From the NCBI GenBank assembly GCA_964019425.1, contig OZ025791.1, forward strand, positions 682,001 to 746,000: 64,000 nt of DNA, written 5' to 3'. A program made the translations under genes and the position numbers. This stretch comes from Flectonema sp. DT1601 (Eukaryota). Positions 54,960-64,000 of this stretch are shown one piece after another (position 1 is the first letter of the stretch; every line of letters begins with the position of its first letter). The notes under the pieces were generated by a model, which saw only the letters and a list, made by a program, of their open reading frames with translations, had not been told where the DNA came from and did no database searches.

Positions 54960-55987
54960 TTGTTTATTCTTTTTTTTTTTTTAATTTAATTCTTTTTATT
55001 TATTTTTAAAAAGAAAAAAAAATGGAAAATAGAAATTAGTCAACAAAGTCGAACGATAAAAAAAACAATGATAACATTGTTTATTCTTTTTTTTTTTTTT
55101 TTTTTTTTATATTCTTTTTTATTAATTTTGAAAAAAAAAACAATCAGTTTAGCGTCTTGACCAGGACGGAAAATAGAAAGTAATCGACATAGTCGATCGA
55201 TAAAAAAAACAATGATAACATTGTTTATTCTTTTTTTTTTTTTTTTTTTAAATTCTTTTTATTTATTTTTTAAAGAAAAAAAACGGAAAATAGAAATTAG
55301 TCGAACGATAAAAAAAAACAATGATAACATTGTTTATTCTTTTTTTTGTATTTTTTTATATTCTTTTTTATTAATTTTGAAAAAAAAAAAAACAATCAGT
55401 TTAGCGTCTTGACCAGGACGGAAAATAGAAAGTAATCGACATAGTCGATCGATAAAAAAAACAATGATAACATTGTTTATTCTTTTTTTTTTTTTTTTTT
55501 TTTTAAATTCTTTTTATTTATTTCTTAAAGAAAAAAAAACGGAAAATAGAAATTAGTCAACAAAGTCGAACGAAAAAAAAACAATGATAACATTGTTTAT
55601 TCTTTTTTTTTTATTTTTTTTTTTTAATATTTTTTTTTATTTTGAAAAAAAAACAATCAGTTTAGCGTCTTGACCAGGACGGAAAATAGAAAGTAATCGA
55701 CATAGTCGATCGATAAAAAAAACAATGATAACATTGTTTATTCTTTTTTTTTTTTTTTTTTTTTTAAATTCTTTTTATTTATTTTTTAAAGAAAAAAAAA
55801 CGGAAAATAGAAATTAGTCAACAAAGTCGAACGAAAAAAAAACAATGATAACATTGTTTATTCTTTTTTTTTTATTTTTTTTTTTTAATATTTTTTTTTA
55901 TTTTGAAAAAAAAACAATCAGTTTAGCGTCTTGACCAGGACGGAAAATAGAAAGTAATCGACATAGTCGATCGATAAAAAAAACAAT
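54960..55987 (+). repeat. Satellite B array, forward orientation
   Basis: Alternating long/short monomers as at 49690-51100 but inverted. Confidence 0.95.
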
Positions 55988-57672
55988 CTCAACAAAGTTT
56001 CAAAAAACAGCCTGCTCTACAAAGTTTTAAAAAACAGCCAGCTTCACACGCAAAGTTTCAAAAAACAGCCTGCTCCACAAAGTTTCGTAAAACAGCCAGC
56101 TCTACACACAAAGTTTCAAAAAACAGCCATCTCAACAAAGTTTTAAAAAACGGCCAGCTCCACACACAAAGTTTCAAAAAACAGCCTGCTCCACATGCAA
56201 AGTTTTAAAAAACAGCCAGCTCAACAAAGTTTTAAAAAACAGCCAGCTTCACACGCAAAGTTTCAAAAAACAGCCTGCTCCACAAAGTTTCAAAAAACAG
56301 CCTGCTCCACAAAGTTTCAAAAACAGCCATCTCAACAAAGTTTCAAAAAACAGCCTGCTCTACAAAGTTTTAAAAAACAGCCTGCTCCACAAAGTTTTAA
56401 AAAACAGCCAGCTCCACACATAAAGTTTCAAAAGACAACCAGCTCAACAAAGTTATAAAAAACAGCCAGCTTCACACACAAAGTTTCAAAAAACAGCCTG
56501 CTCCACAAAGTTTTAAAAAACAGCCAGCTTCACACACAAAGTTTCAAAAAACAGCCTGCTCCACAAAGTTTCAAAAAACAGCCTGCTCCACAAAGTTTCA
56601 AAAACAGCCATCTCAACAAAGTTTCAAAAAACAGCCTGCTCTACAAAGTTTTAAAAAACAGCCAGCTCCACACATAAAGTTTCAAAAGACAACCAGCTCT
56701 ACACACAAAGTTTCAAAAAACAGCCTGCTCCACAAAGTTTCGAAAAACATCCAGCTCCACACACAAAGTTTCAAAAAACAGCCATCTCAACAAAGTTTTA
56801 AAAAACGGCCAGCTCCACACACAAAGTTTCAAAAAACAGCCAGCTCCACACACATTTTTTTAAAAAACAGCCAACTCCACACATAAAGTTTCAAAAAACA
56901 GCCAGATCCACATGCAAAGTTTCAAAAAACAGCCTGCTCCACAAAGTTTCGAAAAACATCCAGCTCCACACACAAAGTTTCAAAAAACAGCCATCTCAAC
57001 AAAGTTTTAAAAAACGGCCAGCTCCACACACAAAGTTTCAAAAAACAGCCAGCTCCACACACATTTTTTTAAAAAACAGCCAACTCCACACATAAAGTTT
57101 CAAAAAACAGCCAGATCCACATGCAAAATTTCAAAAAACAGCCTGCTCCACAAAGTTTCGAAAAACATCCAGCTCCACACACAAAGTTTCAAAAAACAGC
57201 CATCTCAACAAAGTTTTAAAAAACGGCCAGCTCCACACACAAAGTTTCAAAAAACAGCCAGCTCCACACGCATTTTTTTAAAAAACAGCCAACTCCACAC
57301 ATAAAGTTTCAAAAAACAGCCAGATCCACATGCAAAGTTTCAAAAAACAGCCTGCTCCACACACAAAGTTTCAAAAAACAGCCATCTCAACAAAGTTTCA
57401 AAAAACAGCCTGCTCTACAAAGTTTCAAAAAACAGCCTGCTCCACAAAGTTTCGAAAAACAGCCAGCTCCACACACAAAGTTTCAAAAAACAGCCATCTC
57501 AACAAAGTTTCAAAAAACAGCCTGCTCTACAAAGTTTTAAAAAACAGCCAGCTTCACACGCAAAGTTTCAAAAAACAGCCTGCTCCACAAAGTTTCAAAA
57601 AACAGCCATCTCAACAAAGTTTCAAAAAACAGCCTGCTCCACACACTAAGTTTCAAAAAACAGCCTGCTCTA

Positions 57673-57675
<3 letters not shown>
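55988..57675 (+). repeat. Satellite A array, second block, with 209-bp higher-order repeat
   Basis: Same 27/31-bp monomer; variant monomer cacac(a/g)cattttttt recurs at 56847, 57056, 57265. Confidence 0.97.
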
Positions 57676-57706
<31 letters not shown>

Positions 57707-57715
57707 TATGTGCAA

Positions 57716-57800
57716 GAGATACCAACACGCAAGAGATACCAACGCACATACGAGATACCAGCACTTCCGAGATACCGACACACAAGAGACTAGAGATACC
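57716..57800 (+). repeat. GAGATACC direct-repeat array, second copy
   Basis: Five GAGATACC plus one partial; shares spacer aacgcacatac with the 49362 array. Confidence 0.88.
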
Positions 57801-57922
57801 CCTTCCAGGCTCGCGTTGCTCGCACACAACTTTTTTTCAGGGCGAGGGTTATACTACTACCCCTGGGATATCGCAACTTTTTATTATTATTACTTTTCTG
57901 CAATTTTTATTTATAAATAAGT

Positions 57923-58196
57923 TTTCGAAAAGGTGGGAAGTAACGGGCTGGGAGCTTTTGGCTCCTGCCCCTATTCCTCCCGATGTAAACTTTCTTTTTT
58001 TTTTTTTTTTTTTTTTTTTTAACAGGCCCAAAGGGCGACAATGAAAGATGCTGACCAAGGAATAATATTCAAATGAATTTTCGTTTCAAAGAAACGAACA
58101 GGATTAAGGGAGAGGCAGAAAAAAAAAAAAAAAATAATATGAAGAGGAAATAATCAAACATGAAAAAAAAAAATAAAATAAAAATAAACAAACGTT
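57923..58196 (+). repeat. Diverged, shortened E module (forward)
   Basis: tttcgaaaaggtgggaagtaacgggctgggagcttttggctcctgcc...aacaggcccaaagggcgacaatg...tttcgtttcaaagaaacgaa. Confidence 0.88.
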
Positions 58197-59299
58197 ATAT
58201 ATAAGCAATTTCTTTCGCATTTTTTCTTTCGCAATTTTCTATTTATTTATTACTTTTCTGTCCCAACGGGACGACAAATGAAAAATGTCCTCCCTTAGCT
58301 GAAAATGCACACTGCACCCTGTTTTATCAAGTCCTTTGTTTTTGTTTTTCTGAAAGATATCTGTAGTTGTTGTTATATTAATATGCTAGCACGAAAACGA
58401 CGGCTAGGTTTATGATGATTGGATATGTGGCTTAGGATATCTGTTTGTTACATTTGGAAGTATTTTACAACAGGTTTATCGAACCTGTATCTGCAATGTG
58501 TGCGACCCTGGGATGGGAATATAGGAATTTAGTTATATTAATAAGGTTATCGTTCATTATTTCCAATGAAATAGAAATGTGGGAAGAACTATGGGATGGC
58601 GGAACGCAGCCCCCCCCCCAACCCCCCCCAAGGGGGGGGAGCCACTAATAAAGGCCAACCTCCTGAAAAAGAATCAAGAAAAAACAAAAATGCCCTCACC
58701 CAAGGTCGAACTGGACGGTTTACAGCTATTTTGGGTTTTGTAAAGAATGGTTAGTTCTGAAACTATTTGTGTAGGAAAGACCCTTTACCCAAAAAGAAAT
58801 GAAATCAAAGATTGCTTTTTCACAGCTTGGCACCTAAAACCCAAAACTCATTAAGAAGGAAAAAATTATTTCAAAAAGAAAATTTTTGCTAACTAAATTG
58901 GCAGCCATACACCTAAATTTCAAAACCATACCACTTACTAACAAAATTTCTTTCTCATCACTTTTTATATTTTAAGAAAATGGTTAACAGGAATTTATGA
59001 AGACTTTTAGATAGATCAACTATGTGTTCCCATCTTTTCTAGGAGATCTGTAGAAAAAAATAAATCTTTCAGAAAATATTATAAAGGAAAGATTTTTTCT
59101 GAAGAATTTTTTTTTAACTACCTACTAAATTGGCAACCATACACTTAAATTTCAAAACCATACTAAAAAAGAATTTTCATCACATTTTATACTTTAAGAG
59201 AATGGTTACCCATCTTTTTTAGACCTGCTCGGGCACAAAAATCCAGCATTTTTCCTTAGGCAAAAATAAATCTTACTTACTTCCTACTGAAGAAAATTG

Positions 59300-59698
59300 G
59301 CAGCTTAAATTTGTTTGCAGGAAAAAAGTAAGCAGCTAAAATTTGCTTGCGGGAAGAAAATAAGCAGCCAAAATTTGCTTGCGGGAAGAAATAAGCAGCT
59401 AAAATTTGCCTGCAAGAAAAAAATAAGCAGCTAAAATTTGCTTGCGGGAAGAACATAAGCAGCTAAAATTGCTTGCGGGAAGAAAATAAGCAGCTAAGAT
59501 TTGCTTGCGGGAAGAAAATAAGCAGCTAAAATTTGCTTGCGGGAAGAAAATAAGCAGCTAAGATTTGCTTGCGGGAAGAAAATAAGCAGCTAAAATTTGC
59601 TTGCGGGAAGAAAATTAGCAGCTAAGATTTGCTTGCGGGAAGAGAATCAGCAGCTAAAATTTGCTTGCAAGAAGAAAATTAGCAGCCAAAATTTGCTC
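59300..59698 (+). repeat. Satellite D, 32-bp tandem repeat (~12 copies)
   Basis: aaaatttgcttgcgggaagaaaataagcagct; landmarks at 59492, 59524, 59556, 59588. Confidence 0.95.
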
Positions 59699-59789
59699 AG
59701 GGGTGCTACATAAGCATTGGTTGCAGAAAGGTGGCAAAAATGAAAGGAATTATTTATTAAAACCCAAATTGTCTAAACCATAACAAAAA

Positions 59790-60690
59790 GGCAGCTTGGC
59801 ACCAAAACTCTAAAACCTATTCTCCTCAGGGATTTGTGAAGCCTTTTCGAGATCGATAGGCCAAGGGAAACCATAAAAAAGGTGTAACCATGATTTCTTG
59901 GGGGTGAGTGGCACAAAAAGCAGTAAAAAAAAAAAAAAAAAAATCCCGTGACAAAGGCAAATAACTGCAAAAGCAGCAATTCTCTTTCCGCAAACGCCCC
60001 CCCGTGGGTCATCAGGTCATTTGGTAGTGCCAACCTGCAACAGGTTAACATGCAACACTCTACCTTTCTTCCCGTAATGCGTGACACCATTCAACACTTA
60101 CGTAGCACTTAGCACCAGGCCTGCTTGCGGGAAGAAACAGAAGCCTCATTCCCAGTACGGAAGTAGCTAGGCCTGGCCAGCTTACATAGCACTTCTGAGC
60201 AACCTAATATTATTCCTGTAATGCGTGACACTATTACGTAGCACTTAGCACCAGGCCTGCTAGCAGGAAGAAACAGAAGCCTCATTCCCAGTACGGAAGT
60301 ATCTAGGCCTGGCCAGCTTACAGTGCTGCGTAAGTTTTGACTGGCAAACAACTGCAAAACTTTTTTCTCCACACAGAAATTTGTGAAGACTTTTCAGGGT
60401 CGATAGATCGACAGATAACCATAAAAAAAGATTTACTCATGTTTTTCTGGAGGTGAGTGGCGCAAAAAGTGGTAAAAAAAAAAAAAAAATTCCGTGACAA
60501 AGGCAAATTTCTTTCTGCAAACGCCCGCCGTGGATCACATTTGGTAGCGCCGACTTGCCACAGGTCAATATGCAACGCTACTTTTCTTTCCGTAATGCGT
60601 GGCACCAGTCAACACTTATGTTGCACTTAGAACCAGACCTTCTTGCGGGAATGCAAAGAAGAATTAGTGTGTAATTAGGTGAGGCCTGGC
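59790..60690 (+). repeat. Degenerate nested duplications (~540-bp and ~140-bp spacing)
   Basis: gtgagtggc.caaaaag...ccgtgacaaaggcaaat..gcaaacgccc..cgtaatgcgtg.cacc twice; cacttagcaccaggcctgct.gc.ggaagaaacagaagcctcattcccagtacggaagta twice. Confidence 0.8.
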
Positions 60691-60762
60691 CTGGGTACCT
60701 GGCCCAGGACTTGGTGGATTTCCTCAGAACCCAAAATATCCCCAATGCTGACAATTATATAG

Positions 60763-61045
60763 GAGATACCAAGACACTTAAGATACCAGCAAGGACAGTG
60801 AGAGGTAGAATGAACTCTCCTCCTTGTGTCCGATCCTGATTATTTTTTGATGAATTGGTAGTGTTACCTCATTTTGCTACTCTCGTATCTGTGTTGTGTT
60901 AACTCATGTAAGTGATCTTAACTCCTGTTAAATAAAAAAAAAAAAAAATTTCAAAAAAAAAGAAATTAAAAAAGAAGAATTTTCAAATGAAGTTATATCA
61001 ACCCCTGCCACCCATTATGATCAATTCCGCTTGTTTTTTTTTTTT
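60763..61045 (+). repeat. GAGATACC remnant + linker homologous to 49430-49650
   Basis: gagataccaag.cactt.agatacc; gtgatcttaactcctgt; ccacccattatgatcaattccgcttg shared with 49430-49650. Confidence 0.85.
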
Positions 61046-61099
61046 TTTTTTTTCTTCTTTCTTTTCTTCAAATATAAAAAAAAATTAAAAAATATAAAA

Positions 61100-63550
61100 G
61101 ATGAAACAATGTTATCATTGTTTTTTTTATCGATCGACTATGTCGATTACTTCCAGTTTTCCGTCCTGGTCAAGACGCTAAACTGATTGTTTTTTTTTTT
61201 TTTTTAAAAAATTAATAAAAAGAATATAAAAAAAAAAAAAAAAGAATAAACAATGTTATCATTGTTTTTTTTTATCGTTCGACTTTGTCGACTAATTTCT
61301 ATTTTCCGTTTCTTTTCTTTAAATAATAAATAAAAAGAATTTAAAATAAAAAAAAAGAATAAACAATGTTATCATTGTTTTTTTATCGATCGACTATGTC
61401 GATTACTTTCTATTTTCCGTCCTGGTCAAGACGCTAAACTGATTGTTTTTTTTTTTCAAAATTAATAAAAAAGAATATAAAAAAAAAAAAAAAAAAAAAA
61501 GAATAAACAATGTTATCATTGTTTTTTTTTATTGTTCGACTTTGTTGACTAATTTCTATTTTCCGTTTTTTTTCTTTAAAAAATAAATAAAAAGAATTTA
61601 AAATAAATAAAAAAGAATAAACAATGTTATCATTGTTTTTTTATCGATCGACTATGTCGATCACTTTCTATTTTCCGTCCTGGTCAAGACGCTAAACTGA
61701 TTGTTTTTTTTTCAAAATTAATAAAAAAGAATATAAAAAAAAAAAAAAAAAAAAAAGAATAAACAATGTTATCATTGTTTTTTTTATCGTTCGACTTTGT
61801 TGACTAATTTCTATTTTCCGTTTTTTTTTCTTTAAAAAATAAATAAAAAGAATTTAAAATAAAAAAAAAGAATAAACAATGTTATCATTGTTTTTTTATC
61901 GATCGACTATGTCGATCACTTTCTATTTTCCGTCCTGGTCAAGACGCTAAACTGATTGTTTTTTTTTTCAAAATTAATAAAAAAGAATATAAAAAAAAAA
62001 AAAAAAAAAAAGAATAAACAATGTTATCATTGTTTTTTTTTTATCGTTCGACTTTGTCGACTAATTTCTATTTTCCGTTTCTTTTCTTTAAAGAATAAAT
62101 AAAAAGAATTTAAAATAAAAAAAAAGAATAAACAATGTTATCATTGTTTTTTTTTTATCGATCGACTATGTCGATCACTTTCTATTTTCCGTCCTGGTCA
62201 AGACGCTAAACTGATTGTTTTTTTTTTTTTCAAAATTAATAAAAAAGAATATAAAAAAATACAAAAAAAAGAATAAACAATGTTATCATTGTTTTTTTTA
62301 TCGTTCGACTTTGTTGACTAATTTCTATTTTCCGTTTTTTTTCTTTAAAAAATAAATAAAAAGAATTTAAAAAAAAAAAAAAAAAAAAAGAATAAACAAT
62401 GTTATCATTGTTTTTTTTATCGATCGACTATGTCGATTACTTTCTATTTTCCGTCCTGGTCAAGACGCTAAACTGATTGTTTTTTTTTCAAAATAAAAAA
62501 AAAAATATTAAAAAAAAAAAATAAAAAAAAAGAATAAACAATGTTATCATTGTTTTTTTTTATCGTTCGACTTTGTTGACTAATTTCTATTTTCCGTTTT
62601 TTTTCTTTAAAAAATTAATAAAAAGAATTTAAAAAAAAAAAAAAAAAAAAAGAATAAACAATGTTATCATTGTTTTTTTTATCGATCGACTATGTCGATT
62701 ACTTTCTATTTTCCGTCCTGGTCAAGACGCTAAACTGATTGTTTTTTTTTCAAAATTAATAAAAAAGAATATAAAAAAATACAAAAAAAAAGAATAAACA
62801 ATGTTATCATTGTTTTTTTTTATCGTTCGACTTTGTCGACTAATTTCTATTTTCCGTTTTTTTTCTTTAAAAAATAAATAAAAAGAATTTAAAATAAAAA
62901 AAAAAAAGAATAAACAATGTTATCATTGTTTTTTTTATCGATCGACTATGTCGATTACTTTCTATTTTCCGTCCTGGTCAAGACGCTAAACTGATTGTTT
63001 TTTTTTTTCAAAATTAATAAAAAAGAATATAAAAAAATAAAAAAAAAAAGAATAAACAATGTTATCATTGTGTTTTTTTTATCGTTCGACTTTGTTGACT
63101 AATTTCTATTTTCCATTTTTTTTCTTTTTAAAAAATAAATAAAAAGAATTAAAATAAAAAAAAAAAAAAGAATATACAATGTTATCATTGTTTTTTTTTA
63201 TCGATCGACTATGTCGATTACTTTCTATTTTCCGTCCTGGTCAGGACGCTAAACTGATTGTTTTTTCTTTAAAAATAAATAAAAAGAATAAAAAAAAAAA
63301 AAAAAGGAATAAACAATGTTATCATTGTTTTTTTTTTATCGATCGACTATGTCGATTACTTACTATTTTCCGTCCTGGTCAAGACGCTAAACTGATTGTT
63401 TTTTCTTTAAAATAATTAAAAAGATTTAAAAAAAAAAAAAAAAAAAAAAAATGAATAAACAATGTTATCATTGTTTTTTTTTCTATCGATCAACTATGTC
63501 GATTAATTTCTATTTTCCGTCCTGATCGAGACGCTAAACTGATTGTTTCC
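61100..63550 (-). repeat. Satellite B array, reverse orientation, long/short dimer structure
   Basis: Same monomers as 49690-53230. Confidence 0.97.
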
Positions 63551-64000
63551 TTTTTTTAAATAATAAATAAGAAAAAAAAAAAAAAAAAAAAAAAAGAGCA
63601 TCTCCCTGCTATCCCTCATATCCCCACAATAATATTATACCTTTTCATTTTCTCTTTCCTTTTCTGGTCTTTTTTTTTTCTTTTTTTTCCTTTTTCATAC
63701 AACGTTTTTTATTTATATATATATTTTTTTTTTTTTTTTTTTCATGTTTGATTATTTCCTCTTCATTTTTTTTTTTTCTTTTCTTTTCTTTCTTTTTTTT
63801 TTTTTTTTCTCTGCCTCTCTCTCAATTCTGTTCGTTTCTTTGAAACGAAAATTCATTTGAATATTATTCCTTGGTCAGCAACCATCATTGTCGCCCTTTG
63901 GGCCTGTTAAAAAAAAATAAAAATAAAAAGAAAGTTTACATCGGGAATAGGGCAGGAGCCAAAAGCTCCCAGTCCGTTACTTCCCACTTTATCGAAATTC
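63551..64000 (-). repeat. E module, inverted copy ending exactly at the window end
   Basis: Reverse complement of ~41792-42240; last bases ...cccactttatcgaaattc. Confidence 0.92.

Noticed and set aside
39001..57920. ORFs with QSFKKQPAP repeats (39001, 41135, 56195, 57330)
   Set aside because: Translations of the 27/31-bp satellite; the frame shifts with each 31-bp monomer and starts/stops are arbitrary
41792..64000. Polinton/Maverick, virophage or autonomous DNA transposon between the inverted arms
   Set aside because: No long ORF (polB, integrase, capsid, transposase, Rep/helicase) inside
38580..64000. Telomeric repeats, rRNA/tRNA genes, hammerhead or HDV-like ribozymes in the repeats
   Set aside because: No (TTAGGG)n array, no recognisable rRNA/tRNA, and no CTGATGA...GAAA core with proper stems found by eye

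Overview
Eukaryotic nuclear DNA in two halves. Positions 1 to ~36.5 kb are an AT-rich, gene-dense cluster of 16 protein genes, ALL on the minus strand. They include an IP3-receptor-family Ca2+ channel with an inserted PH-like domain, a PDZ protein, WD40/coiled-coil proteins, an acylated PDZ + restriction-endonuclease-fold protein, a long-tailed histone H2B variant, RAMP4/SERP1, a Kelch/BC-box protein, a mitochondrial carrier, an OB-fold + FtsJ-type methyltransferase, a START-FYVE-FYVE protein and a RING E3. I reconstructed seven short GT-AG introns; all start GTAT and end in A/C-rich rather than polypyrimidine tracts. The organisation suggests a euglenozoan (diplonemid-like) protist, but this is inference only. 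At the head of the cluster lies a decayed CRE/SLACS-like non-LTR reverse transcriptase. It is followed by ~25.5 kb of non-coding, modular repeat DNA: a 27/31-bp satellite with a 209-bp higher-order repeat, a ~120/150-bp hairpin-rich satellite in both orientations, a 1.52-kb tandem unit, a 32-bp satellite, GAGATACC iteron-like arrays and a sharply terminated ~750-bp inverted-repeat arm (41792 versus 53666 and the window end, 64000). This block is a candidate centromeric/subtelomeric domain or a giant foldback-type element. All family calls are by motif recognition; no database searches were run.
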